From the human T2T-CHM13v2.0 reference genome, Homo sapiens, in the NCBI RefSeq assembly GCF_009914755.1, contig NC_060939.1: a stretch of DNA of 64,000 nucleotides, one strand, 5' to 3'. Position numbers and translations under genes: made by a program. Shown piece after piece: positions 42,601 to 57,600 of this stretch. Numbering within the stretch: position 1 is the stretch's first letter; the number at the start of each line of letters is the position of its first letter. Below the pieces are notes generated by a model. The model was not told the origin of the DNA, made no database searches, and saw only the letters and a program-made list of their open reading frames with translations.

Positions 42601-45600
42601 GGGATTGTGACCTACCTCTGCACTGATCACCCAGGTGATATAACTCTTCTCTAGGATCTGCCTACAGGGTACTTTGTGACACATCCCTGCACTGATCACC
42701 CAGGTGATCTAACTCTGGTCTAAGCTCTGCCTAAAGGGGCATTGTGACAGATCTCTGCACTGATCAGTCTGGTGATGTAAGTATTGTCTAGGCTCTGCTT
42801 CAAGGGGCCTTGTCACATATCTCTGCACTGATCACCCAGGTGATGTAACTCTTGTCTAGGCTCTGCTTCCAGGGCATATTGTGATATATCTATGCACTGA
42901 TCACCTTAGTGATGTAACACTTTGGTAAGCTCGGCCTACAGGGGAATCTTGACATATCTCTGCACTGTTAACCGAGGTGATTTAACTCTTGACTAGGCTG
43001 TGCCCACAGGGGAATTGAGACATATCTCTGCACTGATCCCGAGGTGATACAACTCTTGCCTGGTCTCTGCCTAGTGTGGACATTGTGACATATCTCTGAA
43101 CTGATCTCCCAGGTGCTGTAACTTTAGTCTGGGCTCCGGCTACACGGCATTGGGACATATCACTGCACTGATCACCCAGGCGATATAACTCTTCTCTAGG
43201 ATCTGACCACAGGGTGCTTTGTGACATATCCCTGCAATGATCACCCAGGTGATATACCACTTGCCAAGGCTCTGCCTACAGGGGCATTGCAATGTATCTC
43301 TGCACTGATCACCTAGGTCTTGTAGCTCTTTTCTAGGATCTGCCTACAGGGTGCTTTGTGACGTGTCCCAGCAAGGATTACCCAGGTGATGTACCTCTCA
43401 TCAAGGCTCTGCCTACAGGCACATTGTGATGTATCTCTGCACTGATCACCTCGGTCATGTAACTTTTTTCTAGGCTCTACCTACGATGGCATTGTGACAT
43501 ATCTCTGCACTAATCATCCAAGTGATGTAACTCTTGTCTAGGATGTGCCTAAATTAACTTTTTGACATAACCCTGTACTGATCATCCAGGTGATGGAGCT
43601 TTTGTCTAGGCTCTGCCTAAGGGGGCATTGTGACATATTTCTGCATTGATCACCCAGGTGGCGAACTCTTCTCTCGGATCTGCCTATGGGGGCATTGTGA
43701 GAAATCTCTGCACTGATCACCCAGGTGATGTAACTGTTGTGTAACCTCTGCCTACAGGGGAATTGTGAGAGATCTCGTCACTGATTACCCAAGTGATGTA
43801 ACCATTGTCTAGGCTTTGCGTACAGGGGGCTTTGTGACATACCTTTGCACTGATCACCCAGGTGATGTAACACATCTAAGTTCGGCCTAAAGGAGCTTTG
43901 TGACATATCTCTGCACTGATCACTTAGGTGATGTAACACTTTTATAATCACTGCCTACAGGGAATTTTGACAAATCTCTGCACTGATCACCTAGGTGATG
44001 TCACTCTTGTCTACCCTCTGTCCAACGGGGCATTGTGAAATGTCTCTGCACTGATCACCCAGGTGATTCAACTCTTGACTAGGAACTGCCTACAGAGGTT
44101 ATTGTGAAATATCTCTGCAATGATAAACTAGGTGGTGTAACCATTGTCCAAGCTCTGCCTACAGGGGCGTTTCCACATACCCCTGAACTGATGACAAAGG
44201 TGATGTAACTGTTGCCTAGGCTTTGCCTACAGGGAACATTGGACATATATCTGCACTGATCACCCAGGTGATGCAACTCTTGCCTAGGCTTTGCCTACAG
44301 GGGACATTGTGACATATCTCTTCAATGATCACTCATGTGATGCATCTCTTGCCTAGGCTTTGCCTACAGGGGACATTGTGACATATCTCTGCACTGATCT
44401 CCCAGGTGCTGTAACTTTAGTCTAGGCTCTGGCTACACGGCATTGTGACATATCACTGCACTGATCAACCAGGTGATATAACTCTTGTATAGGCTCTGCC
44501 TACAGGGGGATTGTGACCTACCTCTGCACTGATCACCCAGGTGACATAACTCTTCTCTAGGATCTGCCTACAGGGTACTTTGTGACATATCCCTGCACTG
44601 ATCACCCAGGTGATCTAACTCTGGTCTAAGCTCTGCCTAAAGGGGCATTGTGACAGATCTCTGCACTGATCACTCTGGTGATGTAAGTATTGTCTATGCT
44701 CTGCTTCAAGGGGCCTTGTCACATATCTCTGCACTGATCACCCAGGTGATGTAACTCTTGTCTAGGCTCTGCTTCCAGGGCATATTGTGACATATCTATG
44801 CACTGATCACCTTAGTGATGTAACACTTTGGTAGGCTCGGCCTACAGGGGAATCTTGACATATCTCTGCACTGTTAACCGAGGTGATTTAACTCTTGTCT
44901 AGGCTCTGCCCACAGGGGGATTGAGACATATCTCTGCACTGATCCCGAGGTGATACAACTCTTGCCTGGTCTCTGCCTACTGTGGACATTGTGACATATC
45001 TCTGCACTGATGTCCCATGTGCTGTAACTTTAGTCTAGGCTCTGGCTACATGGCATTGTGACATATCACTGCACTGATCAACCAGGTGATATAACTCTTG
45101 TATAGACTCTGCCTACAGGGGGATTGTGACCTACCTCTGCACTGATCACCCAGGTGATATAACTCTTCTCTAGGATCTGCCTACAGGGTACTTTGTGACA
45201 CATCCCTGCACTGATCACCCAGGTGATCTAACTCTGGTCTAAGCTCTGCCTAAAGGGGCATTGTGACAGATCTCTGCACTGATCAGTCTGGTGATGTAAG
45301 TATTGTCTAGGCTCTGCTTCAAGGGGCCTTGTCACATATCTCTGCACTGATCACCCAGGTGATGTAACTCTTGTCTAGGCTCTGCTTCCAGGGCATATTG
45401 TGATATATCTATGCACTGATCACCTTAGTGATGTAACACTTTGGTAAGCTCGGCCTACAGGGGAATCTTGACATATCTCTGCACTGTTAACCGAGGTGAT
45501 TTAACTCTTGACTAGGCTGTGCCCACAGGGGAATTGAGACATATCTCTGCACTGATCCCGAGGTGATACAACTCTTGCCTGGTCTCTGCCTAGTGTGGAC

Positions 45601-48600
45601 ATTGTGACATATCTCTGAACTGATCTCCCAGGTGCTGTAACTTTAGTCTGGGCTCCGGCTACACGGCATTGGGACATATCACTGCACTGATCACCCAGGC
45701 GATATAACTCTTCTCTAGGATCTGACCACAGGGTGCTTTGTGACATATCCCTGCAATGATCACCCAGGTGATATACCACTTGCCAAGGCTCTGCCTACAG
45801 GGGCATTGCAATGTATCTCTGCACTGATCACCTAGGTCTTGTAGCTCTTTTCTAGGATCTGCCTACAGGGTGCTTTGTGACGTGTCCCAGCAAGGATTAC
45901 CCAGGTGATGTACCTCTCATCAAGGCTCTGCCTACAGGCACATTGTGATGTATCTCTGCACTGATCACCTCGGTCATGTAACTTTTTTCTAGGCTCTACC
46001 TACGATGGCATTGTGACATATCTCTGCACTAATCATCCAAGTGATGTAATTCTTGTCTAGGATGTGCCTAAATTAACTTTTTGACATAACCCTGTACTGA
46101 TCATCCAGGTGATGGAGCTTTTGTCTAGGCTCTGCCTAAGGGGGCATTGTGACATATTTCTGCATTGATCACCCAGGTGGCGAAGTCTTCTCTCGGATCT
46201 GCCTATGGGGGCATTGTGAGAAATCTCTGCACTGATCACCCAGGTGATGTAACTGTTGTGTAACCTCTGCCTACAGGGGAATTGTGAGAGATCTCGTCAC
46301 TGATTACCCAAGTGATGTAACCATTGTCTAGGCTTTCCGTACCGGGGGCTTTGTGACATACCTTTGCACTGATCACCCAGGTGATGTAACACATCTAAGT
46401 TCGGCCTAAAGGAGCTTTGTGACATATCTCTGCACTGATCACTTAGGTGATGTAACACTTTTATAATCACTGCCTACAGGGAATTTTGACAAATCTCTGC
46501 ACTGATCACCTAGGTGATGTCACTCTTGTCTACCCTCTGTCCAACGGGGCATTGTGAAATGTCTCTGCACTGATCACCCAGGTGATTCAACTCTTGACTA
46601 GGAACTGCCTACAGAGGTTATTGTGAAATATCTCTGCACTGATAAACTAGGTGGTGTAACCATTGTCCAAGCTCTGCCTACAGGGGCGTTTCCACATATC
46701 CCTGAACTGATGACAAAGGTGATGTAACTCTTGCCTAGGCTTTGCCTACAGGGGACATTGGACATATATCTGCACTGATCACCCAGGTGATGCAACTCTT
46801 GCCTAGGCTTTGCCTACAGGGGACATTGTGACATATCTCTTCAATGATCACTCATGTGATGCATCTCTTGCCTAGGCTTTGCCTACAGGGGACATTGTGA
46901 CATATCTCTGCACTGATCTCCCAGGTGCTGTAACTTTAGTCTAGGCTCTGGCTACACGGCATTGTGACATATCACTGCACTGATCAACCAGGTGATATAA
47001 CTCTTGTATAGGCTCTGCCTACAGGGGGATTGTGACCTACCTCTGCACTGATCACCCAGGTGACATAACTCTTCTCTAGGATTTGCCTACAGGGTACTTT
47101 GTGACATATCCCTGCACTGATCACCCAGGTGATCTGACTCTGGTCTAAGCTCTGCCTAAAGGGGCATTGTGACAGATCTCCGCACTGATCACTCTGGTGA
47201 TGTAAGTATTGTCTATGCTCTGCTTCAAGGGGCCTTGTCACATATCTCTGCACTGATCACCCAGGTGATGTAACTCTTCTCTAGGCTCTGCTTCCAGGGC
47301 ATATTGTGACATATCTATGCACTGATCACCTTAGTGATGTAACACTTTGGTAGGCTCGGCCTACAGGGGAATCTTGACATATCTCTGCACTGTTAACCGA
47401 GGTGATTTAACTCTTGTCTAGGCTCTGCCCACAGGGGGATTGAGACATATCTCTGCACTGATCCCGAGGTGATACAACTCTTGCCTGGTCTCTGCCTACT
47501 GTGGACATTGTGACATATCTCTGCACTGATGTCCCATGTGCTGTAACTTAATCTAAGCTCTGGCTACATGGCATTGTGACATATCACTGCACTGATCAAC
47601 CAGGTGATATAACTCTTGTATAGACTCTGCCTACAGGGGGATTGTGACCTACCTCTGCACTGATCACCCAGGTGATATAACTCTTCTCTAGGATCTGCCT
47701 ACAGGGTACTTTGTGACACATCCCTGCACTGATCACCCAGGTGATCTAACTCTGGTCTAAGCTCTGCCTAAAGGGGCATTGTGACAGATCTCTGCACTGA
47801 TCAGTCTGGTGATGTAAGTATTGTCTAGGCTCTGCTTCAAGGGGCCTTGTCACATATCTCTGCACTGATCACCCAGGTGATGTAACTCTTGTCTAGGCTC
47901 TGCTTCCAGGGCATATTGTGATATATCTATGCACTGATCACCTTAGTGATGTAACACTTTGGTAAGCTCGGCCTACAGGGGAATCTTGACATATCTCTGC
48001 ACTGTTAACCGAGGTGATTTAACTCTTGACTAGGCTGTGCCCACAGGGGGATTGAGACATATCTCTGCACTGATCCCGAGGTGATACAACTCTTGCCTGG
48101 TCTCTGCCTAGTGTGGACATTGTGACATATCTCTGAACTGATCTCCCAGGTGCTGTAACTTTAGTCTGGGCTCCGGCTATACGGCATTGTGACATATCAC
48201 TGCACTGATCACCCAGGCGATATAACTCTTCTCTAGGATCTGACCACAGGGTGCTTTGTGACATATCCCTGCAATGATCACCCAGGTGATATACCACTTG
48301 CCAAGGCTCTGCCTACAGGGGCATTGCAATGTATCTCTGCACTGATCACCTAGGTCTTGTAGCTCTTTTCTAGGATCTGCCTACAGGGTGCTTTGTGACG
48401 TGTCCCAGCAAGGATTACCCAGGTGATGTTCCTCTCATCAAGGCTCTGCCTACAGGCACATTGTGATGTATCTCTGCACTGATCACCTCGGTCATGTAAC
48501 TTTTTTCTAGGCTCTACCTACGATGGCATTGTGACATATCTCTGCACTAATCATCCAAGTGATGTAACTCTTGTCTAGGATGTGCCTAAATTAACTTTTT

Positions 48601-51600
48601 GACATAACCCTGTACTGATCATCCAGGTGATGGAGCTTTTGTCTAGGCTCTGCCTAAGGGGGCATTGTGACATATTTCTGCATTGATCACCCAGGTGGCG
48701 AACTCTTCTCTCGGATCTGCCTATGGGGGCATTGTGAGAAATCTCTGCACTGATCACCCAGGTGATGTAACTGTTGTGTAACCTCTGCCTACTGGGGAAT
48801 TGTGAGAGATCTCGTCACTGATTACCCAAGTGATGTAACCATTGTCTAGGCTTTGCGTACAGGGGTCTTTGTGACATACCTTTGCACTGATCACCCAGGT
48901 GATGTAACACACCTAAGTTCGGCCTAAAGGAGCTTTGTGACATATCTCTGCACTGATCACTTAGGTGATGTAACACTTTTATAATCACTGCCTACAGGGA
49001 ATTTTGACAAATCTCTGCACTGATCACCTAGGTGATGTCACTCTTGTCTACCCTCTGTCCAACGGGGCATTGTGAAATGTCTCTGCACTGATCACCCAGG
49101 TGATTCAACTCTTGACTAGGAACTGCCTACAGAGGTTATTGTGAAATATCTCTGCAATGATAAACTAGGTGGTGTAACCATTGTCCAAGCTCTGCCTACA
49201 GGGGCGTTTCCACATATCCCTGAACTGATGACAAAGGTGATGTAACTCTTGCCTAGGCTTTGCCTACAGGGAACATTGGACATATATCTGCACTGATCAC
49301 CCAGGTGATGCAACTCCTGCCTAGGCTTTGCCTACAGGGGACATTGTGACATATCTCTTCAATGATCACTCATGTGATGCATCTCTTGCCTAGGCTTTGC
49401 CTACAGGGACATTGTGACATATCTCTGCACTGATCTCCCAGGTGCTGTAACTTTAGTCTAGGCTCTGGCTACACGGCATTGTGACATATCACTGCACTGA
49501 TCAACCAGGTGATATAACTCTTGTATAGGCTCTGCCTACAGGGGGATTGTGACCTACCTCTGCACTGATCACCCAGGTGACATAACTCTTCTCTAGGATC
49601 TGCCTACAGGGTACTTTGTGACATATCCCTGCACTGATCACCCAGGTGATCTAACTCTGGTCTAAGCTCTGCCTAAAGGGGCATTGTGACAGATCTCTGC
49701 ACTGATCACTCTGGTGATGTAAGTATTGTCTATGCTCTGCTTCAAGGGGCCTTGTCACATATCTCTGCACTGATCACCCAGGTGATGTAACTCTTCTCTA
49801 GGCTCTGCTTCCAGGGCATATTGTGACATATCTATGCACTGATAACCTTAGTGATGTAACACTTTGGTAGGCTCGGCCTACAGGGGAATCTTGACATATC
49901 TCTGCACTGTTAACCGAGGTGATTTAACTCTTGTCTAGGCTCTGCCCATAGGGGGATTGAGACATATCTCTGCACTGATCCCGAGGTGATACAACTCTTG
50001 CCTGGTCTCTGCCTACTGTGGACATTGTGACATATCTCTGCACTGATGTCCCTTGTGCTGTAACTTTAGTCTAGGCTCTGGCTACATGGCATTGTGACAT
50101 ATCACTGCACTGATCAACCAGGTGATATAACTCTTGTATAGACTCTGCCTACAGGGGGATTGTGACCTACCTCTGCACTGATCACCCAGGTGATATAACT
50201 CTTCTCTAGGATCTGCCTACAGGGTACTTTGTGACACATCCCTGCACTGATCACCCAGGTGATCTAACTCTGGTCTAAGCTCTGCCTAAAGGGGCATTGT
50301 GACAGATCTCTGCACTGATCAGTCTGGTGATGTAAGTATTGTCTAGGCTCTGCTTCAAGGGGCCTTGTCACATATCTCTGCACTGATCACCCAGGTGATG
50401 TAACTCTTGTCTAGGCTCTGCTTCCAGGGCATATTGTGATATATCTATGCACTGATCACCTTAGTGATGTAACACTTTGGTAAGCTCGGCCTACAGGGGA
50501 ATCTTGACATATCTCTGCACTGTTAACCGAGGTGATTTAACTCTTGACTAGGCTGTGCCCACAGGGGGATTGAGACATATCTCTGCACTGATCCCGAGGT
50601 GATACAACTCTTGCCTGGTCTCTGCCTATTGTGGACATTGTGACATATCTCTGAACTGATCTCCCAGGTGTTGTAACTTTAGTCTGGGCTCCGGCTACAC
50701 GGCATTGTGACATATCACTGCACTGATCACCCAGGCGATATAACTCTTCTCTAGGATCTGACCACAGGGTGCTTTGTGACATATCCCTGCAATGATCACC
50801 CAGGTGATATACCACTTGCCAAGGCTCTGCCTACAGGGGCATTGCAATGTATCTCTGCACTGATCACCTAGGTCTTGTAGCTCTTTTCTAGGATCTGCCT
50901 ACAGGGTGCTTTGTGACGTGTCCCAGCAAGGATTACCCAGGTGATGTACCTCTCATCAAGGCTCTGCCTACAGGCACATTGTGATGTATCTCTGCACTGA
51001 TCACCTCGGTCATGTAACTTTTTTCTAGGCTCTACCTATGATGGCATTGTGACATATCTCTGCACTAATCATCCAAGTGATGTAACTCTTGTCTAGGATG
51101 TGCCTAAATTAACTTTTTGACATAACCCTGTACTGATCATCCAGGTGATGGAGCTTTTGTCTAGGCTCTGCCTAAAGGGGCATTGTGACATATTTCTGCA
51201 TTGATCACCCAGGTGGCGAAGTCTTCTCTCGGATCTGTCTATGGGGGCATTGTGAGAAATCTCTGCACTGATCACCCAGGTGATGTAACTGTTGTGTAAC
51301 CTCTGCCTACAGGGGAATTGTGAGAGATCTCGTCACTGATTACCCAAGTGATGTAACCATTGTCTAGGCTTTGCGTACAGGGGGCTTTGTGACATACCTT
51401 TGCACTGATCACCCAGGTGATGTAACACATCTAAGTTCGGCCTAAAGGAGCTTTGTGACATATCTCTGCACTGATCACTTAGGTGATGTAACACTTTCAT
51501 AATCACTGCCTACAGGGAATTTTGACAAATCTCTGCACTGATCACCTAGGTGATGTAACTCTTGTCTACCCTCTGTCCAACGGGGCATTGTGAAATGTCT

Positions 51601-54600
51601 CTGCACTGATCACCCAGGTGATACAACTCTTGACTAGAAACTGCCTGCAGAGGTTATTGTGAAATATCTCTGCACTGATAAACTAGGTGGTGTAACCCTT
51701 GTCCAAGCTCTGCCTACAGGGGCGTTTCCACATATCCCTGAACTGATGACAAAGGTGATGTAACTCTTGCCTAGGCTTTGCCTACAGGGAACATTGGACA
51801 TATATCTGCACTGATCACCCAGGTGATGCAACTCTTGCCTAGGCTTTGCCTACAGGGGACATTGTGACATAGCTCTTCAATGATCACTCACGTGATGCAT
51901 CTCTTGCCTAGGCTTTGCCTACAGGGGACATTGTGACATATCTCTGCACTGATCTCCCAGGTGCTGTAACTTTAGTCTAGGCTCTGGCTACACGGCATTG
52001 TGACATATCACTGCACTGATCAACCAGGTGATATAACTCTTGTATAGGCTCTGCCTACAGGGGGATTGTGACCTACCTCTGCACTGATCACCCAGGTGAT
52101 ATAACTCTTCTCTAGGATCTGCCTACAGGGTACTTTGTGACATATCCCTGCACTGATCACCCAGGTGATCTAACTCTGATCTAAGCTCTGCCTAAAGGGG
52201 CATTGTGACAGATCTCTGCACTGATCCCACTGGTGATGTAAGTATTGTCTAGGCTCTGCTTCAAGGGGCCTTGTCACATATCTCTGCACTGATCACCCAG
52301 GTGATGTAACTATTGTCTAGGCTCTGCTTCCAGGGCATATCGTGACATATGTATGCACTGATCACCTTAGTGATGTAACACTTTGGTAGGCTCGGCCTAC
52401 AGGGGAATCTTGACATATCTCTGCACTGTTAACCGAGGTGATTTAACACTTGTCTAGGCTGTGACCACAGGGGGATTGAGACATATCTCTGCACTGATCC
52501 CGAGGTGATACAACTCTTGCCTGGTCTCTGCCTACTGTGGACGTTGTGACAAATCTCTGCACTGATGTCCCAGGAGCTGTAACTTTAGTCTAGGCTCTGG
52601 CTACACGGCATTGTGACATATCACTGCACTGATCACCCAGGCGATATAACTCTTCTCTAGGATCTGACCACAGGGTGCTTTGTGACATATCCCTGCAATG
52701 ATCACCCAGGTGATATACCACTTGCCAAGGCTCTGCCTACAGGGGCATTGCAATGTATCTCTGCACTGATCACCTAGGTCTTGTAGCTATTTTCTAGGAT
52801 CTGCCTACAGGGTGCTTTGTGACGTGTCCCAGCAAGGATTACCCAGGTGATGTACCTCTCATCAAGGCTCTGCCTACAGGCACATTGTGATGTATCTCTG
52901 CACTGATCACCTAGGTCATGTAACTTTTTTCTAGGCTCTACCTACGATGGCATTGTGAAATATCTCTGTACTAATTATCCAAGTGATGTAACTCTTGTCT
53001 AGGATGTGCCTAAATTAACTTTTTGACATAACCCTGTACTGATCATCCAGGTGATGGAGCTTTTGTCTAGGCTCTGCCTAAGGGGGCATTGTGACATATT
53101 TCTGCATTGATCACCCAGGTGGCGAACTCTTCTCTCGGATCTGCCTTTGGGGGCATTGTGAGAAATCTCTGCACTGATCACCCAGTTGATGTAACTGTTG
53201 TGTAACCTCTGCCTACAGGGGAATTGTGAGAGATCTCGTCACTCATTACCCAAGTGATGTAACCATTTTCTAGGCTTTGCGTACAGGGGGCTTTGTGACA
53301 TACCTTTGCACTGATCACCCAGGTGATGTAACACATCTAATTTCGGCCTAAAGGAGCTTTGTGACATATCTCTGCACTGATCACTTAGGTGATGTAACAC
53401 TTTTATAATCACTGCCTACAGGGAATTTTGACAAATCTCTGCACTGATCACCTAGGTGATGTAACTCTTGTCTACCCTCTGTCCAACGGGGCATTGTGAA
53501 ATGTCTCTGCACTGAACACCCAGGTGATTCAACTCTTGACTAGGAACGGCCTACAGAGGTTATTGTGAAATATCTCTGCACTGATAAACTAGGTGGTGTA
53601 ACCCTTGTCCAAGCTCTGCCTACAGGGGCGTTTCCACATATCCCTGAACTGATGACAAAGGTGATGTAACTCTTGCCTAGGCTTTGTCTACAGGGAACAT
53701 TGGACATATATCTGCACTGATCACCCAGGTGATGCAACTCTTGCCTAGGCTTTGCCTACAGGGGACATTGTGACATATCTCTTCAATGATCACTCATGTG
53801 ATGCATCTCTTGCCTAGGCTTTGCCTACAGGGACATTGTGACATATCTCTGCACTGATCTCCCAGGTGCTGTAACTTTAGTCTAGGCTCTGGCTACACGG
53901 CATTGTGACATATCACTGCACTGATCAACCAGGTGATATGACTCTTGTATAGGCTCTGCCTACAGGGGGATTGTGACCTACCTCTGTACTGATCACCCAG
54001 GTGATATAACTCTTCTCTAGGATCTGCCTACAAGGTAATTTGTGACACATCCCTGCACTGATCACCCAGGTGATCTAACTCTGGTCTAAGCTCTGCCTAA
54101 AGGGGCATTGTGACAGATCTCTGCACTGATCAGTCTGGTGATGTAAGTATTGTCTAGGCTCTGCTTCAAGGGGCCTTGTCACATATCTCTGCACTGATCA
54201 CCCAGGTGATGTAACTCTTGTCTAGGCTCTGCTTCCAGGGCATATTGTGATATATCTATGCACTGATCACCTCAGTGATGTAACACTTTGGTAGGCTCGG
54301 CTTACAGGGGAATCTTGACATATCTCTGCACTGTTAACCGAGGTGATTTAACTCTTGTCTAGGCTGTGCCCACAGGGGGATTGAGACATATCTCTGCACT
54401 GATCCCGAGGTGATACAACTCTTGCCTGGTCTCTGCCTAGTGTGGACATTGTGACATATCTCTGAACTGATCTCCCAGGTGCTGTAACTTTAGTCTGGGC
54501 TCCGGCTACACGGCATTGTGTCATATCACTGCACTGATCACCCAGGCGATATAACTCTTCTCTAGGATCTGACCACAGGGTGCTTTGTGACATATCCCTG

Positions 54601-57600
54601 CAATGATCACCCAGGTGATATACCACTTGCCAAGGCTCTGCCTACAGGGGCATTGCAATGTATCTCTGCACTGATCACCTAGGTCTTATAGCTCTTTTCT
54701 AGGATCTGCATACAGGGTGCTTTGTGACGTGTCCCAGCAAGGATTACCTAGGTGATGTACCTCTCATCAAGGCTCTGCCTACAGGCACATTGTGATGTAT
54801 CTCTGCACTGATCACCTCGGTCATGTAACTTTTTTCCAAGCTCTACCTACGATGGCATTGTGACATATCTCTGCACTAATCATCCAAGTGATGTAACACT
54901 TGTCTAGGATGTGCCTAAATTAACTTTTTGACATAAACCTGTACTGATCATCCAGGTGATGGAGCTTTTGTCTAGGCTCTGCCTAAGGGGGCATTGTGAC
55001 ATATTTCTGCATTGATCACCCAGGTGGCGAACTCTTCTCTCGGATCTGCCTATGGGGGCATTGTGAGAAATCTCTGCACTGATCACCCAGGTGATGTAAC
55101 TGTTGTGTAACCTCTGCCTACAGGGGAATTGTGAGAGATCTCGTCACTGATTATCCAAGTGATGTAACCATTGTCTAGGCTTTGCGTACAGGGGGCTTTG
55201 TGACATACCTTTGCACTGATCACCCAGGTGATGTAACACATCTAAGTTCGGCCTAAAGGAGCTTTGTGACATATCTCTGCACTGATCACTTAGGTGATGT
55301 AACACTTTTATAATCACTGCCTACAGGGAATTTTGACAAATCTCTGCACTGATCACCTAGGTGATGTCACTCTTGTCTACCCTCTGTCCAACGGGGCATT
55401 GTGAAATGTCTCTGCACTGATCACCCAGGTGATTCAACTCTTGACTAGGAACTGCCTACAGAGGTTATTGTGAAATATCTCTGCAATGATAAACTAGGTG
55501 GTGTAACCATTGTCCAAGCTCTGCCTACAGGGGCGTTTCCACATATCCCTGAACTGATGACAAAGGTGATGTAACTCTTGCCTAGGCTTTGCCTACAGGG
55601 AACATTGGACATATATCTGCACTGATCACCCAGGTGATGCAACTCTTGCCTAGGCTTTGCCTACAGGGGACATTGTGACATATCTCTTCAATGATCACTC
55701 ATGTGATGCATCTCTTGCCTAGGCTTTGCCTACAGGGGACATTGTGACATATCTCTGCACTGATCTCCAGGTGCTGTAACTTTAGTCTAGGCTCTGGCTA
55801 CATGGCATTGTGACATATCACTGCACTGATCAACCAGGTGATATAACTCTTGTATAGGCTCTGCCTACAGGGGGATTGTGACCTGCTTCTGCACTGATCA
55901 CCCAGGTGACATAACTCTTCTCTAAGATCTGCCTACAGGGTACTTTGTGACACATCCCTGCACTGATCACCCAGGTGATCTAACTCTGGTCTAAGCTCTG
56001 CCTAAAGGGGCATTGTGACAGAACTCTGCACTGATCAGTCTGGTGATGTAAGTATTTTCTAGGCTCTGCTTCAAGGGGCCTTGTCACATATCTCTGCACT
56101 GATCACCCAGGTGATGTAACTCTTGTCTAGGCTCTGCTTCCAGGTCATATCGTGACATATGTATGCACTGATCACCTTAGTGATGTAACACTTTGGTAGG
56201 CTCGGCCTACAGGGGAATCTTGACATATCTCTGCACTGTTAACCGAGGTGATTTAACACTTGTCTAGGCTGTGACCACAGGGGGATTGAGACATATCTCT
56301 GCACTGATCCCGAGGTGATACAACTCTTGCCTGGTCTCTGCCTACTGTGGACGTTGTGACAAATCTCTGCACTGATGTCCCAGGAGCTGTAACTTTAGTC
56401 TAGGCTCTGGCTACACGGCATTGTGACATATCACTGCACTGATCACCCAGGCGATATAACTCTTCTCTAGGATCTGACCACAGGGTGCTTTGTGACATAT
56501 CCCTGCAATGATCACCCAGGTGATATACCACTTGCCAAGGCTCTGCCTACAGGGGCATTGCAATGTATCTCTGCACTGATCACCTAGGTCTTGTAGCTAT
56601 TTTCTAGGATCTGCCTACAGGGTGCTTTGTGACGTGTCCCAGCAAGGATTACCCAGGTGATGTACCTCTCATCAAGGCTCTGCCTACAGGCACATTGTGA
56701 TGTATCTCTGCACTGATCACCTAGGTCATGTAACTTTTTTCTAGGCTCTACCTACGATGGCATTGTGAAATATCTCTGCACTAATTATCCAAGTGATGTA
56801 ACTCTTGTCTAGGATGTGCCTAAATTAACTTTTTGACATAACCCTGTACTGATCATCCAGGTGATGGAGCTTTTGTCTAGGCTCTGCCTAAGGGGGCATT
56901 GTGACATATTTCTGCATTGATCACCCAGGTGGCGAGCTCTTCTCTCGGATCTGCCTATGGGGGCATTGTGAGAAATCTCTGCACTGATCACCCAGGTGAT
57001 GTAACTGTTGTGTAACCTCTGCCTACAGGGGAATTGTGAGAGATCTCGTCACTCATTACCCAAGTGATGTAACCATTGTCTAGGCTTTGCGTACAGGGGG
57101 CTTTGTGACATACCTTTGCACTGATCACCCAGGTGATGTAACACATCTAAGTTCGGCCTAAAGGAGCTTTGTGACATATCTCTGCACTGATCGCTTAGGT
57201 GATGTAACACTTTTATAATCACTGCCTACAGGGAATTTTGACAAATCTCTGCACTGATCACCTAGGTGATGTCACTCTTGTCTACCCTCTGTCCAACGGG
57301 GCATTGTGAAATGTCTCTGCACTGATCACCCAGGTGATTCAACTCTTGACTAGGAACTGCCTACAGAGGTTATTGTGAAATATCTCTGCAATGATAAACT
57401 AGGTGGTGTAACCATTGTCCAAGCTCTGCCTACAGGGGCGTTTCCACATATCCCTGAACTGATGACAAAGGTGATGTAACTCTTGCCTAGGCTTTGCCTA
57501 CAGGGAACATTGGACATATATCTGCACTGATCACCCAGGTGATGCAACTCTTGCCTAGGCTTTGCCTACAGGGGACATTGTGACATATCTCTTCAATGAT

